Positions 33,070 through 40,556 of a stretch of DNA of 42,969 nt are shown piece by piece. This DNA is from a virus: IMG/VR virus record IMGVR_UViG_3300044726_000065, positions 1 through 42,969 of that record; one strand, 5' to 3'. Both the position numbers and the translations under genes were made by a program. The notes beneath the pieces are model-generated. The model saw only the letters and a list, made by a program, of their open reading frames with translations, was not told the DNA's origin and ran no database searches. The stretch's first letter is position 1. Every line of letters starts with the position of its first letter.

Positions 33070-33364
33070 GTTTATGAATCTTTTCTTTTTCTGCTAAGAT
33101 TTTATTTGTCAATTCAACCTTCTTCATTATCTCTGCACTCCTCTTATCAAGCTGTTCCTGTGTCATTGGTTTATCTGAATCACCAAACCAACCCTTAATG
33201 AAAGTTTTATAGTTAGCCCTCTTACCTGAAAGTCCTGTTGCAAACGCATCAATTATAAAAGCCACGTTTGCGAAATTCATTTCATCCCTTTTTCTCTTCG
33301 CCCAATATCCTTTACTCATTAAAGAAAAATCATCCATTTCCATCTCAAACCAAACGTCAGGCAT
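33041..33364 (-). CDS. Tail assembly chaperone, downstream (T-like) frame
   Basis: The frame stays open upstream to about 33443 and overlaps the end of the G-like ORF in the -1 frame. A G5 run at 33435..33439 offers a slip site. Confidence 0.5.
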   Translation of the reverse strand: MPDVWFEMEMDDFSLMSKGYWAKRKRDEMNFANVAFIIDAFATGLSGKRANYKTFIKGWFGDSDKPMTQEQLDKRSAEIMKKVELTNKILAEKEKIHKRGRTTKNSN

Positions 33365-33393
33365 TAACCCAAGCCAACCGAAAGCGAACTCTT

Positions 33394-33753
33394 TTAATTC
33401 GTCAAGACCGATTCTTTCAGTTGGCCGTTCTGCTCCCCCGTTTCATCGGTTTTGTTTAACTCCGAAAACTTATTAAGCAGATCAGCAGAATACTTTGAAT
33501 CTTCACAAAACACTAATTCAAATATCTGTTCTTTGGTGTATTCAGGTTTGACCTTATTCACCCTGCACTCACAAACGTGACCGGCGTAAGTTGCCCCCTG
33601 TCCGAACTCTGTCAGTAAAGCTGAATCAATATTCTGCATACTAATAAGAAGGTCTTTACCCGTTGCCTCTTTATAGATTTGATAAAATCCGCCTATACCT
33701 ACATTTAATGTAAGTTCTTTTCCATCTAAGGAAACCGTTATTTTTTTACTCAT
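33394..33753 (-). CDS. Tail assembly chaperone (G-like)
   Basis: 119-aa acidic ORF between the major tail and tape measure genes. Call based on synteny. Confidence 0.55.
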   Translation of the reverse strand: MSKKITVSLDGKELTLNVGIGGFYQIYKEATGKDLLISMQNIDSALLTEFGQGATYAGHVCECRVNKVKPEYTKEQIFELVFCEDSKYSADLLNKFSELNKTDETGEQNGQLKESVLTN

Positions 33754-33756
33754 ATA

Positions 33757-34209
33757 TTAACTTTCGTTTGATTCGCCTGTATCAACACTTCCTGTGATCT
33801 CAAACACCGCATCAAAAGTCAATGGCTGGCCTTCATCAGCATTAGCCGTAACGCTTGTTACATAACCATCACCTTTTAATAGAACGGCATCACCAAGACC
33901 AACAGACCCGATAGCAAGGTTAACCATTCTGCCTTCTAACAAAGTCTGGTTGTTTGCATAATCAAGAGCATCTTTTAACGATGTCTGACTACCTGTAGGC
34001 GAAACATTCGCCACACCCGAAAGGCTAATAGTTGCACCTGGAACCCCTACGGATTTAACAGGGCCGCATTTGGTTTCAGTTGTGTTGACTGTTGAAGAAA
34101 GTGTTCCAGATAAGGTCGTTTCACAAACCCATGTCTTCCATGTTCCGCCGAGTGTCGCATCCCTTGTCTGAAAAACTACATTAGTACCTAAAAAATCATT
34201 TGTTGCCAT
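33757..34209 (-). CDS. Major tail protein (putative)
   Basis: 150-aa Thr/Ser/Gly/Val-rich beta-type ORF upstream of the chaperone pair. Confidence 0.55.
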   Translation of the reverse strand: MATNDFLGTNVVFQTRDATLGGTWKTWVCETTLSGTLSSTVNTTETKCGPVKSVGVPGATISLSGVANVSPTGSQTSLKDALDYANNQTLLEGRMVNLAIGSVGLGDAVLLKGDGYVTSVTANADEGQPLTFDAVFEITGSVDTGESNES

Positions 34210-34219
34210 TGTTTCTTAT

Positions 34220-34642
34220 TTAAGTTTGAACAATCTTATGTGTATATCGAACTATTTTACGATAATATTTAATTCCTGATTCGTACTCTTCAAAATAACT
34301 CGTAGTTTCAGGTTTAACATCTAAAATCTGCATCCCCGTTTGTGGAATCAAATTGTGAATCCCCGGTGAACTTTTAATAAGAGCTTTTATTTCCCCGTCT
34401 ATTCTTTCACACACACTTCTGTCAATCGCTAGATTAAACCTTGTTACTATGTCCGTAATCACTACTGCATCACTTGCGAAATTGTGTTTAGTGTCATTCT
34501 CTGTTTCTCCCTCGGCTCTTAATTCAACATAGTTTCTTTGCTCGTCCTCAGGTACTGATCCTTCTTTGTAAACGGGTACACTAATGGTTGAGTCAATCAA
34601 CTCCTGCCAGCTATCCATTAATTTTCCCATTACGTTTATCAT
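34220..34642 (-). CDS. Tail completion/terminator-like protein (putative)
   Basis: 140-aa ORF in the canonical position between the gp10-like and major tail genes. Confidence 0.4.
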   Translation of the reverse strand: MINVMGKLMDSWQELIDSTISVPVYKEGSVPEDEQRNYVELRAEGETENDTKHNFASDAVVITDIVTRFNLAIDRSVCERIDGEIKALIKSSPGIHNLIPQTGMQILDVKPETTSYFEEYESGIKYYRKIVRYTHKIVQT

Positions 34643-35142
34643 ATATCTTTTATGATAATTCTTAGTTTTCTAAATAAATCCCTTCTTGCTGGCGCAATTT
34701 GTTTAAAGAAAAACGGATGCGGCCTAACACCATGTTTGAAAATACTCCTCGCTATTAAATAAGCAGCACTAACCGGAATCCCTTTTCTTTTAGTCCAATT
34801 CTTTATATTAGAAATAAATTCTAACCACGTTCCTTTCGGCTGACCTTTGAACTGGCTTGAATCTATCCCCGCTATCGGTACAAACTTTGTCTTCGTACCG
34901 AACTCCATTGGAGCCGAGTATTTAGAACCACTCACCACCTCCGCACTTAATTCACCTGTTTTTAAAACCGTTATCTGACTTCTCAAAAAACCTACATCAG
35001 CAGGTGCATCTCTTATAGCCTTCGCCCTGAAGTCTTCAGCAGCAAATTGAATCTCTGCCCCGACTTCTTTTTTAAGTTCAATCGGTGCTTTCTTCAATTT
35101 CTCCTGAAGTTGTTTAAACCCTACAAGATTAACCTTCACCAT
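34639..35142 (-). CDS. HK97 gp10-family head-tail protein
   Basis: MVKVNLVGFKQLQEKLKKAPIELKKEVGAEIQFAAEDFRAKAIRDAPADVGFLRSQI matches the HK97-gp10-like N-terminal pattern. Confidence 0.6.
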   Translation of the reverse strand: MVKVNLVGFKQLQEKLKKAPIELKKEVGAEIQFAAEDFRAKAIRDAPADVGFLRSQITVLKTGELSAEVVSGSKYSAPMEFGTKTKFVPIAGIDSSQFKGQPKGTWLEFISNIKNWTKRKGIPVSAAYLIARSIFKHGVRPHPFFFKQIAPARRDLFRKLRIIIKDI

Positions 35143-35446
35143 TTACTAACCAATTAAATCGTTTTTCGTTTATTCGTTCAATACTTGTTATCGAATATCT
35201 TTTTTGTAAATACTTCAACTTCCACTCTCCACTTAGTTTCCAATCAGGCCGGAATCTTATTTTAAAAGTTTTGGTTTTATTAAGTTTCATCTGACCATTG
35301 GTATCACTTCTACTTCCTGAACTGTTTACAATCTCTGCCCATAAAGGATAAGAATGTTCCATGCTCTCTTTAGCGTCACCTGAATAGTCTTTAGGCGCAA
35401 CCCATTTTTCAACCCTTATTTGAACTTTCGGGATCATACTAACCAA
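35129..35446 (-). CDS. Head closure/head-tail joining protein
   Basis: 105 aa. The pattern VQIRVEKW...LWAEIVNSSGSRS...KTKTFKIRFR resembles the head-tail joining family. Confidence 0.55.
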   Translation of the reverse strand: MVSMIPKVQIRVEKWVAPKDYSGDAKESMEHSYPLWAEIVNSSGSRSDTNGQMKLNKTKTFKIRFRPDWKLSGEWKLKYLQKRYSITSIERINEKRFNWLVNGEG

Positions 35447-36006
35447 CCCTCCCTTCTATATTTCATAGCCAGTTGAGATGCGAACTTTTGAATAGAAGCA
35501 TCGTCCCCCCTGTTCTCGTACATATAAGCCGTTAATCTCATTATATCTATCTTCAAAGAAGTTGGAACCTGATCATATCCCGCAGTATAGGTAATAGTCA
35601 TTTCGCATTCGTTAGGTGACTTTAAAAATATCCTATCGCCAAAAACTCCAATAGTTGTATAAGTAGTTAATGTAACACCGTCCACATTTACCAAAGAAAC
35701 TATGCTTTGAATTGGCCCTCTCGGAAGTTCATACTTCTTATAATTGTTAATTACAGCTTGCCATGTTTTAAGAGTAATTGACGAAGCGGAAATCTTTTCC
35801 ATCTGTTCCCGTGAAGCCTTTATTAAATCAGTTAGTAAGTTATCATCAAAGTCAAAATCACTTAAAGATTCAGATGTACTTTCATCGTCATCTGTGTAAC
35901 CTTCTAACCTTAAATAATCCTTCATTTCTTGTAGGGTCACAGGTTCCGGTGACAGATCCGATTCATCTGTTACGTCCTTTATTGAATATATTTCGTTGTA
36001 TCCCAT
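35434..36006 (-). CDS. Head-tail connector (gp6-like) protein
   Basis: LQEMKDYLRLEGYTDDDE...LLTDLIKASREQMEKI is typical of gp6-like connector/DNA-packaging proteins. Directly downstream of the capsid gene. Confidence 0.6.
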   Translation of the reverse strand: MGYNEIYSIKDVTDESDLSPEPVTLQEMKDYLRLEGYTDDDESTSESLSDFDFDDNLLTDLIKASREQMEKISASSITLKTWQAVINNYKKYELPRGPIQSIVSLVNVDGVTLTTYTTIGVFGDRIFLKSPNECEMTITYTAGYDQVPTSLKIDIMRLTAYMYENRGDDASIQKFASQLAMKYRREGWLV

Positions 36007-36071
36007 TTTTTAAAATAAGGGGTAATCTTACGGGACTACCCCTCTCTCGTTTATATGGAAGTTATCAAGCC

Positions 36072-37301
36072 TTAGCTACCACCAAATTCACCGTGAATTA
36101 TCGCATTTGGTCTAAGAACATTAAGCTCTTCAAAGCACTCGACTTTCACCGTCACCAAATTACGTCTGAAGTTATCATTGTCCTCGTAAGAAAAACTAAC
36201 ATTCAGAGACTCGGTTTCTACACGCTCAACATAATCGTTATCCCACAAAAGGAACTCGCCATCATCAGCAAACGAAGCACCGAGGATCGGAGTACCGGCA
36301 ATGTTCACATCGTTACCCATTGGGAAGTTACCAGGGTAACTGTAACCACTATTTGCATTACGGCCTGACTTTAACAGATGCGCCCATTGAGGCCAACTAA
36401 CAACACCATAGTCAGCGTTATAATCTGCATCCCTTTGGTTAGCGATCCAGAACAGAATTTCCTCTGCATCATTAGCCGGCCCACCATTAGCAACAGTAGG
36501 AGTAGTTGTTACACCTGTAGCTGCTGAAACCATCGCATCATACAAGTAATCGTTTTCTTTCTTGTAGAAATCACGAAGTAACATTCTTGGAAGAGTGTTA
36601 TTCAAGAAAGGAAGATTATACATGAACTGCTTAGATATTAAAGCCCAACCGGCGATATATTTAGAAACAGTTTTAACCTCTGTGAATGCGTAGTCTATCT
36701 GTGTCTTCAATTCACCTTCAGTCTGAACACTTATTGAACCAGTTGTACCTGTCTCTCTGTAGGTCACAAATGAACCTGTAGGGGATTGGGTAGTATTCAA
36801 AATGTCTCTCATGTTCCATTTCTGAGCGGGTACGATCCCTTGTCTTGGATTGTAAGAGTGTTGAACATCACCTGTGATTGCATTGGTAGAAAGCATTGTT
36901 GCTACTTTCAAACTCATCGACAAATTCAAGTTTCTATCATTTGACATCTTAACAATATCATCTTCTTTCTTAGCAAAGATTCCTGTATTGAGCATATCCT
37001 TCCACCCAATTTCAAAAGTCGGTTTTTCTGTTTTTCTCTTATCCTGTTCGGAGATAAAGTTGTCGATAAACGTTTGGTTTTTCTGAAGATTCTCGTTAAG
37101 AGTATCAACATCTTTTTTCAGTTGCCCGATCAATTCAATGTCTTTCTTTGGAGCCAAAGCTGCTATCTGTTGGTTTATTGTCTCAACAGAAAGGACAATA
37201 CCTTGAAGTTGCTCTTTAGTAGCAAGCTCAAGGCTTTCTTTTGTTGCCTTCAACATACTTTGTATTTGTTGTTGAAGACTTAAATTCAATTCGTCTGCCA
37301 T
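36072..37301 (-). CDS. Major capsid protein, HK97 fold, with N-terminal coiled-coil delta-like domain
   Basis: Start taken at ATG 37301 (MADELNLSLQQQIQ...). About 100 aa of coiled coil is followed by a capsid-like body. Located directly after the HK97-type protease gene. The tracked 459-aa ORF has a spurious 50-aa extension overlapping the protease gene. Confidence 0.8.
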   Translation of the reverse strand: MADELNLSLQQQIQSMLKATKESLELATKEQLQGIVLSVETINQQIAALAPKKDIELIGQLKKDVDTLNENLQKNQTFIDNFISEQDKRKTEKPTFEIGWKDMLNTGIFAKKEDDIVKMSNDRNLNLSMSLKVATMLSTNAITGDVQHSYNPRQGIVPAQKWNMRDILNTTQSPTGSFVTYRETGTTGSISVQTEGELKTQIDYAFTEVKTVSKYIAGWALISKQFMYNLPFLNNTLPRMLLRDFYKKENDYLYDAMVSAATGVTTTPTVANGGPANDAEEILFWIANQRDADYNADYGVVSWPQWAHLLKSGRNANSGYSYPGNFPMGNDVNIAGTPILGASFADDGEFLLWDNDYVERVETESLNVSFSYEDNDNFRRNLVTVKVECFEELNVLRPNAIIHGEFGGS

Positions 37302-37311
37302 TGTTAAAAAT

Positions 37312-38157
37312 TTACAGTTTAAAAAATAGTTTACTTCCTGCTGCAAACATTGCATTACACGAGTGGCACTTACAAAAACCTTTTTCTGCCTGTGTGTTGT
37401 ATGTCTGCTTAAAACAGCTTGGACAAGCGATAGTTTTTGTGAACGTATCAATGTCCTTTTTAACTACTTCAACCGTACCGTTAACAATGGAGACATCCGA
37501 TTGCTTTGATGTTAGTTCCGTGATAGTTTGCAAAAGTTGTTTATTGTATATTAAAAGCGTCTCTACAATTTCATCGCTTGCTTTTGTGTCACGACAAAAC
37601 TTTTCGATAGCTTCTGATTTATTTAATAGTTTATTTATCTCAACTGATTTCATTCCCGTCATTGGAGTATTTGAATTAGCACCCCATGCAGTTAAAGATG
37701 AACCTTCCCAAAGTTTCAACTCAGTCAATTCCCTTCTAACCATCCCTTCTTTATAGTCTTCCCATGAAGTGACCTGATTAAAGGTTTTAGTTTGATAACC
37801 GATAGAATGTTCATTTATCAAATTCGATTCAACCATTTTCACAAAGTCAATTCCTAAAGCATGATTACCTAATTTAGATTCATAGTAAAGACCTTTGTCA
37901 TCCTCTTTCAGCATTGTAATAACTCCTAAAGGCTGCGAAGGATCGTGATTAAGCAAATGTTTTATTCTTGGCTTTGCTGACTGTGGCCCTGTGGCTTTTA
38001 TCGTTTTATCAAAAGCCCCTTTCTTAATTACGTCCCCGTCACTATCCAAAGAATCAAAACTTGCAAAGTATCCTGTTACAATTCCTTTCTTACCGTCAAC
38101 ATCTTTAAAGTTGATCTCAGGAATCGTAAAGTCTTTATATGAATAAATATCTTTCAT
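37312..38157 (-). CDS. Prohead serine protease (HK97/S78 family) with C-terminal 4-Cys zinc-ribbon-like tail
   Basis: GIVTGYFASFDSLDSDGDVIKKGAFDKTI...IKHLLNHDPSQPLGVI...EHSIGY matches the HK97 protease pattern. The C-terminus is CPSC-x14-CKCHSC. Confidence 0.75.
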   Translation of the reverse strand: MKDIYSYKDFTIPEINFKDVDGKKGIVTGYFASFDSLDSDGDVIKKGAFDKTIKATGPQSAKPRIKHLLNHDPSQPLGVITMLKEDDKGLYYESKLGNHALGIDFVKMVESNLINEHSIGYQTKTFNQVTSWEDYKEGMVRRELTELKLWEGSSLTAWGANSNTPMTGMKSVEINKLLNKSEAIEKFCRDTKASDEIVETLLIYNKQLLQTITELTSKQSDVSIVNGTVEVVKKDIDTFTKTIACPSCFKQTYNTQAEKGFCKCHSCNAMFAAGSKLFFKL

Positions 38158-38188
38158 GTTCTTTATTTTTTATTTCTCTCCATAGGGT

Positions 38189-38848
38189 TTATGGGTAAAC
38201 CTCTATCTGGACTAAAATTTTTGCTCCTACATCGCTTAAATCAACATTGCTTCCGTCTGAGTTTTGAATAACGGTTATATCTACAAAATTGCCGCCCCCG
38301 CTTACTGTCATCTGGTATGAAAAATCCAATGGTGTGCTGCCGTAGAAGGGCAGCCAACAAGAAAGCCCACTTGCAAATGGCGGAACGGCTGTTTTGTTTA
38401 ATGTAAAAGCACCAGCAAGTGTCCCTCTATAAACACCGACTCCGGTACGTGTCCATACAATAGCCCCTATTGTGTTTATAAACTCCGCCTCAACAACCGG
38501 GGCATCCGTTCCCGATTGCGATAAATCAGCTTTATAAACCAAAGGCGCAGAACCATCCCCGCCGGGGGTACCTGGAGCCAATCCCGGAAACATCGCTGTT
38601 ATCTGTGTTTCAAAATCATCCTGCGAATCCATCGGAGTGCCATCAAAATCTATTTCCGTAATTAGGATGTTTAAAAACTCAATTGTATTAATGAAGAATG
38701 AAATTCTATTTTCATCTTCTGGTAAACTCCAGCTTATCGCTGTTGATGTATTATGAAAAGACGCAACAGTATTCTCCACTTGCAAAGAAGTGTTATCTGT
38801 ATGAATCAAGTTTATAACATCTCCGTTTGTTCTGAATGAATAAGTCAT
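38189..38848 (-). CDS. Hypothetical head-module protein
   Basis: 219-aa ORF between the MuF-like and protease genes. No motif recognised. Confidence 0.5.
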   Translation of the reverse strand: MTYSFRTNGDVINLIHTDNTSLQVENTVASFHNTSTAISWSLPEDENRISFFINTIEFLNILITEIDFDGTPMDSQDDFETQITAMFPGLAPGTPGGDGSAPLVYKADLSQSGTDAPVVEAEFINTIGAIVWTRTGVGVYRGTLAGAFTLNKTAVPPFASGLSCWLPFYGSTPLDFSYQMTVSGGGNFVDITVIQNSDGSNVDLSDVGAKILVQIEVYP

Positions 38849-40497
38849 TAGATTGTTACGACCCTCCCCTGTCTGATTTGATTAGGAAATATTACGCTTG
38901 TACTTCTTCTTTTAGGAATTAACCGCCCCCTTGAATCTCTTTTAGGTTTAAGCGACATTTGACACCGGCAGTTGGAAATGTGGATGCCATTTGCTAATAT
39001 TGCACCTGTTAACGTACTAAAATCATAAACATGACCAGAAAAATCACGTTCAATAACTTCGGCGATCTCGTCAAAAGATACACTTCCGGCATTTCCATAA
39101 AGCAACTTTCCGATGAAATTGGAATCGCCCGGGACACTATTAAGAATAGATTTATATCTGCTGGAATTCCAATTCGTGGACGTTCCGATGCTGAAAAACT
39201 TAAATGGTCTCAAATGAGTATCAGCAAGCGTAAGAGACAAGTTGCCGCTGCTCATAAAGCTACTAATGGAAGAAGTGTCTCTACCAGCGAAAGAGTTTTG
39301 AGAGCAAATGCTGCGCACAAAAATCCTTTCAAGATGGGAAGTTTTGAGGCTGAACTTGCCAATATCCTGAACCAACATTTCGTCGCTAAACTCCAATTCC
39401 CAATTCATGTCTATAACATCGATATTGCTATCCCCGAACTTAGAATCGCCATTGAAGTCCAAACCAATGGACATTCTCTTTTGAGAACCGAAAGAATCAT
39501 TAAGCGTTCTAAATACATTTGCGGCCAAAACTGGTTCCTTCTCTATGTAATCATCAACAGGGATAAGGCCAATGCTGTTAGCCTTTTTAATATTGCTCAA
39601 TACATAATCGCCTTTTCTAATGTCCTTAATAGGGATAGTTCCCCTTTGGGTAAATACGGTATGATTGGGCGTGAGGGTAAGTCTTTTGCCGGAACGTGTT
39701 ACGATTTCAAAGACTTGACCAGAGTATTTTAAACGTTGCGCCCCTATCATTTGCCCTTCAACCAATGTATCACCCGGGAAACAGTTAATTGTGCTTTCTG
39801 CGCTGGCTCTTGGATCACCGGGACTTCTTAACCTGTCACCGTTTCTTGGGTCAATAAACACATCTTCAAAGTCTATAACTGTCCCGTCAAGTCCAATGTG
39901 CGAAGCATGGTCTTTAGGATTCACCCCTCTTGTTCTGTTATCATGTACCGCAATCCACTCCTTTTGCATTTGATACTCGTAAGTTTCACCAGCCGCTAAC
40001 GTACCCGCATTTGTCGCAGCGTTGACCTCTGTCCTTACTATTCGTGCCGCTTGCATTTCGCTAAACTGAGAACCTTCTAAAGCCCTCACGGTTTCATCAA
40101 CTCCCCATCCTTTACTTATTGATTCATTGAGTACGGATAATAAAAATTCCCTTGTAGTTCTGTTTACATTAAAAGTGAGGTTTTGAATCAGGTGAGTCCT
40201 TAAGTAATTTAATATCCAATTCACCCACTCAGAATTAAACCCAAAGGCACCGCCTGACTTTCGTTCCTGTTGTTTTAATTCCCTCGTAGTCTTATTGGCG
40301 TACCTCACCCCCACAGTTGAATAAAGTTGTTGTATAGTAGCAGTTAGTTCTGGATTGGTCAAATCATTACTTAGTGCAGCAATAGCCGCATTAACTCCTA
40401 AGTTTTCGACAATAGAAATAGTTTCATCGAATTTCTTTTTGATGGTCTTGTGAACCTTCGGGAAGAACAATGTTTCGTATTTCTTGTTTAGATTCAT
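38848..40497 (-). CDS. Head morphogenesis protein (SPP1 gp7/Mu F-like) interrupted by an intein
   Basis: The exteins carry the MuF pattern (ARIVRTEVNAATNAG...HIGLDGTVI...; ...STIN | CRCQ, where NCRC is the conserved family motif). Residues 239..509 form a Hint-type intein. Confidence 0.8.
   Translation of the reverse strand: MNLNKKYETLFFPKVHKTIKKKFDETISIVENLGVNAAIAALSNDLTNPELTATIQQLYSTVGVRYANKTTRELKQQERKSGGAFGFNSEWVNWILNYLRTHLIQNLTFNVNRTTREFLLSVLNESISKGWGVDETVRALEGSQFSEMQAARIVRTEVNAATNAGTLAAGETYEYQMQKEWIAVHDNRTRGVNPKDHASHIGLDGTVIDFEDVFIDPRNGDRLRSPGDPRASAESTINCFPGDTLVEGQMIGAQRLKYSGQVFEIVTRSGKRLTLTPNHTVFTQRGTIPIKDIRKGDYVLSNIKKANSIGLIPVDDYIEKEPVLAANVFRTLNDSFGSQKRMSIGLDFNGDSKFGDSNIDVIDMNWELEFSDEMLVQDIGKFSLKTSHLERIFVRSICSQNSFAGRDTSSISSFMSSGNLSLTLADTHLRPFKFFSIGTSTNWNSSRYKSILNSVPGDSNFIGKLLYGNAGSVSFDEIAEVIERDFSGHVYDFSTLTGAILANGIHISNCRCQMSLKPKRDSRGRLIPKRRSTSVIFPNQIRQGRVVTI
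38971..39783 (-). mobile_element. Intein (271 aa) in the MuF-like gene
   Basis: Block A CFPGDTLVEG (Cys1 codon 39783..39781). Block B TPNHTVFT. Block F GHVYDFSTL. Block G ANGIHISN, followed by +1 Cys (Asn codon 38973..38971). Inserted exactly in the NCRC motif. The central 130 or so aa lack LAGLIDADG or HNH motifs. Confidence 0.8.
39031..39732 (+). CDS. Antisense ORF inside the intein: HTH plus Vsr/DUF559-like PD-(D/E)XK endonuclease (putative homing endonuclease)
   Basis: 233 aa, lying wholly within the intein on the opposite strand. Contains HTH-like SIKQLSDEIGIARDTIKNRFISAGIPIR, basic NUMOD3-like repeats, and a core SFEAELANILNQHFVAKLQFPIHVYNIDIAIPELRIAIEVQTNGH...KRSKYI...NWFLLYV that fits the E...Q...Y-x-(I/V)-D...IEV-x(3-4)-H nuclease pattern. 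Confidence 0.6.
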   Translation: MTRKITFNNFGDLVKRYTSGISIKQLSDEIGIARDTIKNRFISAGIPIRGRSDAEKLKWSQMSISKRKRQVAAAHKATNGRSVSTSERVLRANAAHKNPFKMGSFEAELANILNQHFVAKLQFPIHVYNIDIAIPELRIAIEVQTNGHSLLRTERIIKRSKYICGQNWFLLYVIINRDKANAVSLFNIAQYIIAFSNVLNRDSSPLGKYGMIGREGKSFAGTCYDFKDLTRVF

Positions 40498-40556
40498 TCT
40501 GTCTTTTTAACATCAATATAAAGTCATTCCTTAACCTTAATATCCTTCTCTTAACA

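Noticed and set aside
35778-36368. 196-aa plus-strand ORF antisense to the connector and capsid genes
   Set aside because: Artefact-like composition. It spans an intergenic gap and two well-supported structural genes, and no motif was recognised.
37302-37451. 50-aa N-terminal extension of the capsid ORF (MIRSQKLSLVQAVLSRHTTH...)
   Set aside because: It overlaps the protease C-terminus in another frame. ATG 37301 (MADELNLS...) follows the protease stop by 10 nt and begins the coiled-coil delta-like domain.
37241-37756. 171-aa plus-strand ORF antisense to the protease and capsid start
   Set aside because: Hydrophobic low-complexity sequence that overlaps a protease gene with clear family motifs.
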